NCBI GenBank assembly: GCA_002269645.1
Contig: NIVC01000040.1
Coordinates: 310,001 to 374,000, forward strand
Reading direction: 5' to 3'
Origin: Macrostomum lignano
Taxonomy: Eukaryota
DNA length: 64,000 nucleotides
This document shows, one piece after another, positions 39,695-51,933 of the stretch. The position numbers were made by a program, and so were the translations under genes. Within the stretch, counting starts at the first letter, position 1. Each line of letters starts with the position of its first letter. The notes beneath the pieces are model-generated. The model was not told the DNA's origin, did no database searches, and worked only from the letters and a program-made list of their open reading frames with translations.

Positions 39695-40325
39695 GCTCAT
39701 TTTGGCGCCGCAGACACTCATTTTGGCGCCGCAGCCAGGCTCTCATTTTGGCGCCGCAGCCAGGCTCTCATTTTGGCGCCGCAGCCAGGCTCTCATTTTG
39801 GCGCCGCAGCCAGGCTCTCATTTTGGCGCCGCAGCCAGGCTCTCATTTTGGCGCCGCAGCCAGGCTCTCATTTTGGCGCCGCAGCCAGGCTCTCATTTTG
39901 GCGCCGCAGCCAGGCTCTCATTTTGGCGCTGCAGCCAGGCTCTCATTTTGGCGCCGCAGCCAGGCTCTCATTTTGGCGCCGCAGCCAGGCTCTCATTTTG
40001 GCGCCGCAGCCAGGCTCTCATTTTGGCGCCGCAGCCAGGCTCTCATTTTGGCGCCGCAGCCAGGCTCTCATTTTGGCGCTGCAGCCAGGCTCTCATTTTG
40101 GCGCTGCAGCCAGGCTCTCATTTTGGCACCGCAGCCAGGCTCTCATTTTGGCACCGCAGCCAGGCTCTCATTTTGGCGCCGCAGACACTCATTTTGGCGC
40201 CGCGGCAAGGCACTTTATTTTGGCGCCGCAGCCAGCCACTCATTTTGGCGCCGCAGCCAGGCTCTCATTTTGGCGCCGCAGACACTCATTTTGGCGCCGC
40301 GGCAAGGCACTATATTTTGGCGCCC
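39695..40325. repeat. 25-bp minisatellite (GCAGCCAGGCTCTCATTTTGGCGCC)
   Basis: About 25 near-perfect copies. Confidence 0.95.
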
Positions 40326-40632
40326 TGAAGTAAAATGATTGATTTCGATAACAGTTCAAAAAGTGGGACTGCCCATTCCGCTGACTCCTAAGCACACACA
40401 ACCGCGCCAATATAGTTATGCCCCTAAGCGAGAACGTTACATAATCAAAAAATAAATTATAAAATACAATTATCAAATTGTCAGTAGCTGTTTAAGTCGA
40501 GCAGAATCGGTGATCAGAAGCAATCCACGATAAACTGACCAGGCCAATCCGATCCATATATTGATTTTCAATTCGTTTTATGGCGCTGAAATTTTATTCA
40601 GGGTAGGTGGGCAACGCTGTTCTGCAGTGAGA

Positions 40633-43600
40633 CTCACACCCTATGATTAACCATAATAGGAGATCCCACACCCTATGATTAACCATAATAGGAGATCCCA
40701 CACCCTATGATTAACCATAATAGGAGATCCCACACCCTATGATTAACCATAATAGGAGATCCCACACCCTATGATTAACCATAATAAGAGATCCCACACC
40801 CTATGATTAACCATAATAAGAGATCCCACACCCTGTGATTAACCATAATAGGAGATCCCACACCCTGTGATTAACCATAATAGGAGATCCCACACCCTAT
40901 GATTAACCATAATAGGAGATCCCACACCCTATGATTAACCATAATAAGAGATCCCACACCCTATGATTAACCATAATAGGAGATCCCACACCCTGTGATT
41001 AACCACAATAGGAGATCCCACACCCTGTGATTAACCATAATAGGAGATCCCACATCCTGTGATTAACCATAATAGGAGATCCCACACCCTGTGATTAACC
41101 ACAATAGGAGATCCCACACCCTGTGATTAACCATAATAGGAGATCCCACACCCTGTGATTAACCATAATAGGAGATCCCACACCCTATGATTAACCATAA
41201 TAGGAGATCCCACACCCTATGATTAACCATAATAAGAGATCCCACACCCTATGATTAACCATAATAGGAGATCCTACACCCTGTGATTAACCATAATAGG
41301 AGATCCCACACCTTGTGATTAACCATAATAGGAGATCCCACACCCTGTGATTAACCATAATAAGAGATCCCACACCTTGTAATTAACCATAATAGGAGAT
41401 CCCACACCCTATGATTAACCATAATAGGAGATCCCACACCCTATGATTAACCATAATAGGAGATCCCACACCCTATGATTAACCATAATAAGAGATCCCA
41501 CACCCTATGATTAACCATAATAGGAGATCCCACACCCTATGATTAACCATAATAGGAGATCCCACACCCTATGATTAACCATAATAGGAGATCCCACACC
41601 CTATGATTAACCATAATAGGAGATCCCACACCCTATGATTAACCATAATAGGAGATCCCACACCCTGTGATTAACCACAATAGGAGATCCCACACCCTAT
41701 GATTAACCACAATAGGAGATCCCACACCCTGTGATTAACCATAATAAGAGATCCCACACCCTATGATTAACCATAATAGGAGATCCCACACCCTGTGATT
41801 AACCACAATAGGAGATCCCACACCCTGTGATTAACCATAATAGGAGATCCCACACCCTATGATTAACCATAATAGGAGATCCCACACCCTGTGATTAACC
41901 ACAATAGGAGATCCCACACCCTGTGATTAACCATAATAGGAGATCCCACACCCTGTGATTAACCATAATAAGAGATCCCACACCCTGTGATTTACCACAA
42001 TAGGAGATCCCACACCCTGTGATTAACCATAATAGGAGATCCCACACCCTATGATTAACCATAATAGGAGATCCCACACCCTATGATTAACCATAATAAG
42101 AGATCCCACACCCTATGATTAACCATAATAGGAGATCCCACACCCTATGATTAACCATAATAAGAGATCCCACACCCTATGATTAACCATAATAGGAGAT
42201 CCCACACCCTATGATTAACCATAATAGGAGATCCCACACCCTATGATTAACCATAATAGGAGATCCCACACCCTATGATTAACCATAATAGGAGATCCCA
42301 CACCCTATGATTAACCATAATAGGAGATCCCACACCCTATGATTAACCATAATAAGAGATCCCACACCCTATGATTAACCATAATAAGAGATCCCACACC
42401 CTGTGATTAACCATAAAAGGAGATCCCACACCCTATGATTAACCATAATAGGAGATCCCACACCCTATGATTAACCATAATAGGAGATCCCACACCCTGT
42501 GATTAACCACAATAGGAGATCCCACACCCTGTGATTAACCATAATAGGAGATCCCACACCCTGTGATTAACCATAATAGGAGATCCTACACCCTGTGATT
42601 AACCACAATAGGAGATCCCACACCCTGTGATTAACCATAATAGGAGATCCCACACCCTGTGATTAACCATAATAGGAGATCCCACACCCTGTGATTAACC
42701 ATAAAAGGAGATCCCACACCCTATGATTAACCATAATAGGAGATCCCACACCCTGTGATTAACCATAATAGGAGATCCCACACCCTGTGATTAACCATAA
42801 TAGGAGATCCCACACCCTGTGATTAACCATAATAGGAGATCCCACATCCTGTGATTAACCATAATAGGAGATCCCACACCCTGTGATTAACCACAATAGG
42901 AGATCCCACACCCTGTGATTAACCATAATAGGAGATCCCACACCCTGTGATTAACCATAATAGGAGATCCCACACCCTATGATTAACCATAATAGGAGAT
43001 CCCACACCCTATGATTAACCATAATAAGAGATCCCACACCCTATGATTAACCATAATAGGAGATCCCACACCCTGTGATTAACCATAATAGGAGATCCCA
43101 CACCTTGTGATTAACCATAATAGGAGATCCCACACCCTGTGATTAACCATAATAAGAGATCCCACACCTTGTAATTAACCATAATAGGAGATCCCACACC
43201 CTATGATTAACCATAATAGGAGATCCCACACCCTATGATTAACCATAATAGGAGATCCCACACCCTATGATTAACCATAATAAGAGATCCCACACCCTAT
43301 GATTAACCATAATAGGAGATCCCACACCCTATGATTAACCATAATAGGAGATCCCACACCCTATGATTAACCATAATAGGAGATCCCACACCCTATGATT
43401 AACCATAATAGGAGATCCCACACCCTATGATTAACCATAATAGGAGATCCCACACCCTGTGATTAACCACAATAGGAGATCCCACACCCTATGATTAACC
43501 ACAATAGGAGATCCCACACCCTGTGATTAACCATAATAAGAGATCCCACACCCTATGATTAACCATAATAGGAGATCCCACACCCTGTGATTAACCACAA

Positions 43601-44980
43601 TAGGAGATCCCACACCCTGTGATTAACCATAATAGGAGATCCCACACCCTATGATTAACCATAATAGGAGATCCCACACCCTGTGATTAACCACAATAGG
43701 AGATCCCACACCCTGTGATTAACCATAATAGGAGATCCCACACCCTGTGATTAACCATAATAAGAGATCCCACACCCTGTGATTTACCACAATAGGAGAT
43801 CCCACACCCTGTGATTAACCATAATAGGAGATCCCACACCCTATGATTAACCATAATAGGAGATCCCACACCCTATGATTAACCATAATAAGAGATCCCA
43901 CACCCTATGATTAACCACAATAGGAGATCCCACACCCTATGATTAACCATAATAAGAGATCCCACACCCTATGATTAACCATAATAGGAGATCCCACACC
44001 CTATGATTAACCATAATAGGAGATCCCACACCCTATGATTAACCATAATAGGAGATCCCACACCCTATGATTAACCATAATAGGAGATCCCACACCCTAT
44101 GATTAACCATAATAGGAGATCCCACACCCTATGATTAACCATAATAAGAGATCCCACACCCTATGATTAACCATAATAAGAGATCCCACACCCTGTGATT
44201 AACCATAAAAGGAGATCCCACACCCTATGATTAACCATAATAGGAGATCCCACACCCTATGATTAACCATAATAGGAGATCCCACACCCTGTGATTAACC
44301 ACAATAGGAGATCCCACACCCTGTGATTAACCATAATAGGAGATCCCACACCCTGTGATTAACCATAATAGGAGATCCTACACCCTGTGATTAACCACAA
44401 TAGGAGATCCCACACCCTGTGATTAACCATAATAGGAGATCCCACACCCTGTGATTAACCATAATAGGAGATCCCACACCCTGTGATTAACCATAAAAGG
44501 AGATCCCACACCCTATGATTAACCATAATAGGAGATCCCACACCCTATGATTAACCATAATAGGAGATCCCACACCCTGTGATTAACCACAATAGGAGAT
44601 CCCACACCCTGTGATTAACCATAATAGGAGATCCCACACCCTGTGATTAACCATAATAGGAGATCCTACACCCTGTGATTAACCATAATAGGAGATCCCA
44701 CACCCTGTGATTAACCACAATAGGAGATCCCACACCCTGTGATTAACCACAATAGGAGATCCCACACCCTGTGATTAACCATAATAGGAGATCCCACACC
44801 CTGTGATTAACCACAATAGGAGATCCCACACCCTGTGATTAACCATAATAAGAGATCCCACACCCTGTGATTAACCATAATAGGAGATCCCACACCCTAT
44901 GATTAACCACAATAGGAGATCCCACACCCTATGATTAACCACAATAGGAGATCCTACACCATAAAAGGAGATCCCACACC
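40633..44980. repeat. 32-bp satellite, ~4.3 kb (GGAGATCCCACACCCTATGATTAACCATAATA), with a 1792-bp higher-order repeat
   Basis: 32-bp period; identical ORFs at 41895 and 43687 (offset 56 x 32). Confidence 0.97.
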
Positions 44981-45178
44981 TGGAGGCATACCTTAAACCT
45001 GAGAATGTCACTAAACAAACGTTTTCAACCACATGTATAAGAGGCTTTCAAGGCAGTTTTAATCCAATACAAATATCAACCGACCTTGCCTCGCTTACGA
45101 TGACGAGCGCCACCATTTTTACCAGAATTTGGTGTCTGCCGCATAAGCAGCCCATTCTTGTCGTCATGTCTGCCATTT

Positions 45179-45568
45179 TCAAAATTTCTCGTAGTTTTCG
45201 GTCTGTTTTCGGGTTCTGGCTATGCCAATCTGACATTGTAGAACATGTTCGCAGTTACAATCATAGGTAGCACTTGTGTTCATATCAGAGACACTGTTGA
45301 AATTATAAGACGATGAAGTTGTCTCAGCATCTTGAGTTTTCTCCCAGTATTCCTGACAGCCAGATTTAATAATCTCTTGCTCACATTGAGCTCGCCAAAA
45401 TTTATCTGTGCCGATGCACTGCTGCCAAGTTGGGCACTTATCGCATTTACCAGTCGCCTCTTTGTTATGATAGGTGCCCATTGGGCAGTTGATTGACGGC
45501 AGCGCGACCGTGAGACATACCACTCCTGTCAAGACTATAAATGACTGGATAATTTTAATCGACGACAT
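45179..45568 (-). CDS. TNFR-like single-CRD protein, paralog B (129 aa), with no transmembrane segment
   Basis: ttcag|ATG start (MSSIKIIQSFIVLTGVVCLTVA); CPMGTY-x8-C-x2-CP-x4-C-x9-C-x8-C; S/T stalk; ends hydrophilic. Confidence 0.72.
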   Translation of the reverse strand: MSSIKIIQSFIVLTGVVCLTVALPSINCPMGTYHNKEATGKCDKCPTWQQCIGTDKFWRAQCEQEIIKSGCQEYWEKTQDAETTSSSYNFNSVSDMNTSATYDCNCEHVLQCQIGIARTRKQTENYEKF

Positions 45569-45614
45569 CTGAAATTTTTGCATGATTGGTAAAAGTAACT
45601 GAAAATTATGAGGG

Positions 45615-46385
45615 TATAGATTAGCAATTCATTCTATTCTGTTTTGTAACTAAGGGAATAGATTAGCAATCCATTCTATTCTGTTTTGTAACTAAGGGAA
45701 TAGATTAGCAATTCATTCTATTCTGTTTTGTAACTAAGGGAATAGATTAGCAATTCATTCTATTCTGTTTTGTAACTAAGGGAATAGATTAGCAATTCAT
45801 TCTATTCTGTTTTGTAACTAAGGGAATAGATTAGCAATCCATTCTATTCTGTTTTGTAACTAAGGGAATAGATTAGCAATTCATTCTATTCTGTTTTGTA
45901 ACTAAGGGAATAGATTAGCAATCCATTCTATTCTGTTTTGTAACTAAGGGAATAGATTAGCAATCCATTCTATTCTGTTTTGTGACTAAGGGAATAGATT
46001 AGCAATCCATTCTATTCTGTTTTGTGACTAAGGGAATAGATTAGCAATTCATTCTATTCTGTTTTGTAACTAAGGGAATAGATTAGCAATCCATTCTATT
46101 CTGTTTTGTGTTTAAGGGAATAGATTAGCAATCCATTCTATTCTGTTTTGTAACTAAGGGAATAGATTAGCAATCCATTCTATTCTGTTTTGTAACTAAG
46201 GGAATAGATTAGCAATCCATTCTATTCTGTTTTGTGTTTAAGGGAATAGATTTGCAATCCATTCTATTCTGTTTTGTAACTAAGGGAATAGATTAGCAAT
46301 CCATTCTATTCTGTTTTGTAACTAAGGGAATAGATTAGCAATCCATTCTATTCTGTTTTGTGTTTAAGGGAATAGATTAGCAATC
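45615..46385. repeat. 42-bp minisatellite (GGGAATAGATTAGCAATCCATTCTATTCTGTTTTGTAACTAA)
   Basis: About 18 copies just upstream of the paralog B acceptor. Confidence 0.95.
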
Positions 46386-47191
46386 CACTTTATGAAAACG
46401 TTTTTTATTATCGCTAAATGTGATAAAAGCGCTATCTTTCTAATCGTAATATCAAAAACAAGTTGGAACTTATCAAGAGTTGTAAAGCCTAGTTATTTAA
46501 AACAAACACACAATTGCAAAAAAAGCTAAAATGAGTAATTATGTGTAGAACACAGTTTTGTAAGAAAGACAGCTGTCTACCTTTAGCTGGATAACACAAA
46601 TTGTTGATGTGCAAGCAATATTGAAACAAGGACTACTCAAGTAACATGTATATATATACTTAAGGTTGTCCTTGGTATTAAAAGCTACTAAAAATACTAA
46701 AAAATAAATATAAGATTAAATGAGCGCAAAAGAAGTGCCAATAAGACGCAAAAATGCCTCATGGAATGCATTGTGTATACGAATATGTTGGTTCCAATGA
46801 GTCAAAAACAATCAGAGAAACAACAATGCTATATATTAGTCACGCATAAAAACATCCGTGAAAAATAATTACAGAAATTCTACAATTAAAAAAACATTTC
46901 CTTTACTAGCAGTGACAAAAATATCAGAAAAATTCAAGCAATAGCCATAATACTAGTAGTGAAACTAGCGGAAAATTGCAAGCACGGAATCCATAATTGC
47001 AAAAAACAATTATAAATATATACTAGGATACAAAAGTTAAATAATGAGTATTAAGTTGAGTTAATATTAAGCAATTGATAAAATGTTTGGCAGTCGCAAT
47101 CAAAGTCAGTTAGATGGAGATTAATCCCCATCATTATAGACAGCATCTTCGGCATCTGTGGGTCCAGTGGGTCCAGTCGGGTTGTCATCCG

Positions 47192-47653
47192 TCAGCAGCT
47201 GGATACAGAGTTTTCGCCTCTAATAACACAGGCTACCACGACAATAACGATCAAGCAGACCAATAAAATGACGAATAAAATCCAGACAATTGGCCAAGGA
47301 TCTACTTTGCCAGCCGCACCTTCATTTGATCGTTTAGTGGTAGCATTGAATGCGTTAGAACAATTGCTCACAGCAACGCCACTGGTGTCAAAGCCGTTAC
47401 CTGGCACATTCTCAGCGGAATTAGGCGGCTGATTAATAATTTCCCAAAATTGCGAGCAAGCCAATTTAATCGACTGCCACTCGCACCTGGCTGCCCAGGC
47501 TTCGTCAGAGCGGCACTGTGAAAGGCTCGGACAGAGCCGGCAATCGTTGGCTCCAGGGTGGCGATATTTGCCAGTCGGACAGGCAGACAGGAGATCTGCC
47601 GGCATGGGCAGCACCAGAATAAATATAGCGAGCAACGGCATTGCCTTTAGCAT
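47192..47653 (-). CDS. TNFR-like single-CRD type I membrane protein, paralog C (153 aa)
   Basis: ttcag|ATG; signal peptide; CPTGKY-x7-C-x2-CP-x4-C-x9-C-x8-C; strong TM IVWILFVILLVCLIVIVVVACVI. Confidence 0.85.
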   Translation of the reverse strand: MLKAMPLLAIFILVLPMPADLLSACPTGKYRHPGANDCRLCPSLSQCRSDEAWAARCEWQSIKLACSQFWEIINQPPNSAENVPGNGFDTSGVAVSNCSNAFNATTKRSNEGAAGKVDPWPIVWILFVILLVCLIVIVVVACVIRGENSVSSC

Positions 47654-47694
47654 CTGAAATTTGATGAAGAGTGTCTATAAATGCTTGTTTCATG

Positions 47695-47787
47695 TATCTG
47701 TCTGTCTGTCTGTGTTTCTGTTTGTCTGTCTGTGTTTCTGTTTGTCTGTCTGTCTATCTGTCTGTCTGTATGTCTGTCTGTGTTTCG

Positions 47788-47859
<72 letters not shown>

Positions 47860-47870
47860 GCCTGTGTGTG

Positions 47871-47937
<67 letters not shown>

Positions 47938-47960
47938 TTGTCTGTGTGTCTGTCTGTCGG
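47695..47960. repeat. (TCTG)n microsatellite in the putative 5'UTR intron of paralog C
   Basis: Lies between the acceptor at 47654 and a candidate donor AG|GTACGT near 48020. Confidence 0.9.
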
Positions 47961-48593
47961 TCTGCCCTTCTTCGCGCACCCTGATAGATATACTTGTTCA
48001 TTATCACAGAAAACGTACCTATCTAGGAAGTTTATTTAATCTTTAAAGTGCTTAACTTAATAATAACACTATACGAACACAATAGGAACACAATGCGATT
48101 AAAACTCATTACCCAATTTCTAGATTTTGAAACTGAATTGTTGCAATAACTAGTCAAATAACTAATCGACTAAGCTATTCTATAAGCTTTTTTGTATAGA
48201 AAAAAATAAGGACACAATAAAACATGATTCCAAAAAATAAAATGACAAGTACGTGTACTTTAGAATTTCGGAATAAATATGAATAACAGCCTTCGATTTT
48301 GGTACAAGTGGAGATTTTGAAGATTGTTTGTTAAAAAGATTGTTTTAGCAAGCGTGGCGAATTGTAATGCAAAAATTCTATTTTATTAAACCGGTAAAAA
48401 CAGATTAGAACAAAAAATATCTATTTACCAAATATATAACTGTATAAAAGTTGTTATTTCAAAAAGTTATGTTAAAAAATTGTATTGGGACACCAGAAAA
48501 TAATTCTGATTTAAGGTCCAACCCATGCTGTTGGTAGCACAATAGGTTTCTCATGGTTGCAAAGTTATACAATATTATTCAATAAATTTACAG

Positions 48594-49523
48594 TTACAAC
48601 GCAGTTGTCAGGATGTCTTCCTTAGAATACGGTTGTTCTTTAATCTTAGATGACTCATAGCCGACATTCGTTTGATTATCATCAGACGGCATCAAATTTT
48701 CTAGCTCATTGCGTGTCAACTCACTATTTGAGGATGGACTTCTCTTACGGTTTCCAGCGGAACGCTGCGGTTTGTTGGTAGACAGACTTGAAGCCTGTTT
48801 CAGTTGCTGTTGAAACTTCTGCTTTTGTTTATTGTTCTTTGACCATTTGTAGAAGAAGGCGAGGAAAGAAATTAGGATGAGCATCAGAAGGATCGTCATT
48901 AGTACGCCCAAACCAATTTTTATCTTTTCGTAGACCGGAAAGGTAAAACCCGCAGGCTTATCAGTAGAACCAGCGGGTTTATCAGTAGAACCAGCGGGTT
49001 TATCAGTAGAACCAGCAGGTCTATCAGTAGAACCAGCCGGTCTATCAGTAGAACCAGCCGGTCTATCAGTAGAACCAGCCCGTCTATCAGTAGAACCAGC
49101 CCGTCTATCAGTAGAACCAGCCGGTCTATCAGTAGAACCAGCCGGTCTATCAGTAGAACCAGCCGGTCTATCAGTAGAACCAGCCGGTCTATCAGTAGAA
49201 CCAGGCATTTCTGTCGTGGATTGGATAGCAGCCTGTTTAGTTGGTTCAACAGAGGCGTCGCTGGTGCCAGCCATCCGCGGCTGCAGCTCATCCAAGGAGA
49301 ACTTGCAGTATTCACGGACATGGCTCCGTCTGCACTCGTGCCCTACAGTGGGATTGCTGCGGCACCGGTCAAGGCTAGGACAGCGCTTGCAGTCATGGGT
49401 GCTCATGTCAGGGTATTCGCCTGGCTGACACTTTGGAGGCCAATTGCCCATGGTTCTGGCATCAGGGTTGACGGACAACCATAACAGTACAATCACAGCC
49501 AGAGAAAGCAAAATTGCCTTCAT
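48594..49523 (-). CDS. TNFR-like single-CRD type I membrane protein, paralog D (309 aa), with a 12 x GSTD(R/K)(P/R)A stalk
   Basis: MKAILLSLAVIVLLWLSV signal; CQPGEY-x7-C-x2-CP-x4-C-x9-C-x8-C; 21-bp coding repeat; TM IGLGVLMTILLMLILISFLAFFY; ~85-aa tail; AATAAA at 48387-48382. Confidence 0.87.
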   Translation of the reverse strand: MKAILLSLAVIVLLWLSVNPDARTMGNWPPKCQPGEYPDMSTHDCKRCPSLDRCRSNPTVGHECRRSHVREYCKFSLDELQPRMAGTSDASVEPTKQAAIQSTTEMPGSTDRPAGSTDRPAGSTDRPAGSTDRPAGSTDRRAGSTDRRAGSTDRPAGSTDRPAGSTDRPAGSTDKPAGSTDKPAGSTDKPAGFTFPVYEKIKIGLGVLMTILLMLILISFLAFFYKWSKNNKQKQKFQQQLKQASSLSTNKPQRSAGNRKRSPSSNSELTRNELENLMPSDDNQTNVGYESSKIKEQPYSKEDILTTAL

Positions 49524-49779
49524 ATTTGTTTGTTTGCTAAAAAATAAAAGAAATGCTTTCATTAGTTTGAAGTGATGTTTCTTGGAAAAATTCCTAAAAG
49601 CTTTACGCAAAATACACTGGCTATAGAAATTCCTTTTCTTTCAGCAAAATTAGCAGCACTTTCTAATTGTTTCACTTTCAGGTATGACTTGCCTGTCTTA
49701 TTGTCACTAAAACCTATTTTGCTAACCAATTACTAGCAATAGTAAAAATCGTGTGCATTTTTACCTGCACAATGAGAAT

Positions 49780-50545
49780 CATCCTCCGATGAGATCTCAC
49801 ACCATAAGAATCATTCTCCGGTGAGATCCCACATCATGTGAATCATCCTCTAATGAGATTTCACACCATGAGAATCATCTACCGAAGAGATCTCACACCA
49901 TGAGAATCAGCATTCAATGAGATCTCACACCATGAAGATCAGCATCCGATGAGATCTCACACCATGAGAATCAGCATCCGATGAGATCTCACACCATGAG
50001 AATCAGCATTCAATGAGATCTCACACCATGAGAATCAGCATCCAATGAGATCTCACACCATGAGAATCATCCACCGATGAGATCTCACACCATGAGAATC
50101 AGCATTCAATGAGATCTCACACCATGAGAATCAGCATTCAATGAGATCTCACACCATGAGAATCAGCATCCAATGAGATCTCACACCATGAGAATCATCT
50201 ACCGAAGAGATCTCACACCATGAGAATCAGCATTCAATGAGATCTCACACCATGAGAATCAGCATCCAATGAGATCTCACACCATGAGAATCATCTACCG
50301 AAGAGATCTCACACCATGAGAATCAGCATTCAATGAGATCTCACACCATGAGAATCAGCATCCAATGAGATCTCACACCATGAGAATCATCTACCGATGA
50401 GATCTCACAACATGAGAATCAGCATCCAATGAGATCTCACACCATGAGAATCAGCATCCAATGAGATCTCACACCATGAGAATCAGCATTCAATGAGATC
50501 TCACACCATGAGAATCAGCATTCAATGAGATCTCACACCATGAGA
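49780..50545. repeat. 32-bp minisatellite (GAGATCTCACACCATGAGAATCAGCATTCAAT)
   Basis: About 23 copies. Confidence 0.93.
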
Positions 50546-50888
50546 TCCTACATCCGGATTTTAATCCTACCAGGAGATCCCTTAGATAACTTATCCTTAT
50601 AAGAGGCCGTTTAACCGCGAGTCCTACAGCTTCCTGCACTGAAGATTTCACTAATTCTAATAGCTATTTTAAAACTCACAAGGGCCAATCGCATTGAATA
50701 AAAAACGCATAAATATTCAGACTACGAATGATAAATATATAGATCATAGATATATTTCTACCTTTGTACAGACATTTTACTCAGGAGCAACACACATTAG
50801 GTCGTTTGCTATTGAAAAGGAGGCACACGAACAACAGTTCAGATGAAAAAATTAATTGTAATTTTGTGTAGGGCAGAGCAGGTACTCA

Positions 50889-51177
50889 GAAAATATACTC
50901 AGCATCATCGGAAAGTCGCCATCACAGAAGATTCCGTCTGGGGTCGCCACTTTTGAGAGTGCAGGTAAAGTCTCTCAATCTTTGCGAGTGACGCAACTTT
51001 AGCTACGCCGCGGCAGACTTGAGTTGAGGAATGGAGTGGGGGAGCGGTGTGCGAGGGTTGGACGGATTAAAGCTACCCCGATCAGTTTTCTCGTACCTTT
51101 TATTGTAGAACAGTCCAAGAGAAACTGCTCACTGGAGCATAGAGTGGCGACTTTTCAATGTTGCTGAGTATATTTTC
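50889..51177. mobile_element. Possible MITE-like element with 33-bp imperfect inverted repeats
   Basis: GAAAATATACTCAGCATCATCGGAAAGTCGCCA versus the reverse complement of TGGCGACTTTTCAATGTTGCTGAGTATATTTTC; no clear TSD. Confidence 0.45.
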
Positions 51178-51933
51178 AGGAATAAAAAAGACATGCTACT
51201 TACGAGATAGATTAATTGATTGATTGATGATAATTGAGTGCAATGACGCACTCATGCACACGCTTACACAGGGTGTACAGCGGCCATGTGACTTTCTAAT
51301 CGTCAGGCATGTCTTGGGGGTTGGCCCTGATGAGTGTGTATCGCCAGACTACATGTACCCCTCCCCCCCCCCGGACTAATGTTTACTGCACAAGCCACTT
51401 TAGAGCTTGCAGCGACCAGTCAAGTGTTAACAGGGACATGGGGGGAGGGGAGACACCGCGTTGAATGGAAAGCATGCCTCAGCCCCACCACCCCACAGCC
51501 CTACCTATCGATCGACAGCCAATCCGGGTGCTAGAGAGAGGGATAGATAGGGAAACACGACAGAGGACCAGTATGCCAGCCAATCAGGACGCAATAAAAA
51601 ACAATAGCATACAGCAAAGAGATGATAAAACCGGAGCTTATAAACGATGAATTTGCTATGATACCAATAGTATGAAACAGGCTAAATTAGCACTTCCAGA
51701 GAATTCGGAGATGAAATGCGTTACGCATAGCAGAAATGGCATGATACACGGGGGGGGGGTGGCTGCAGGGGTGCTAAAATACATCACTACGGAGTTCGAG
51801 GCTACCAACTAAAATGTTTATTTAAAATACAGAGAAAATGTGCGGAACACTAAACAGTTTATAAAAACTTTTCTGCGGTCATTATTACATTAATGCTAAG
51901 TAAGAGTTAAAGAAAAGTGAAATATATCCGCAA

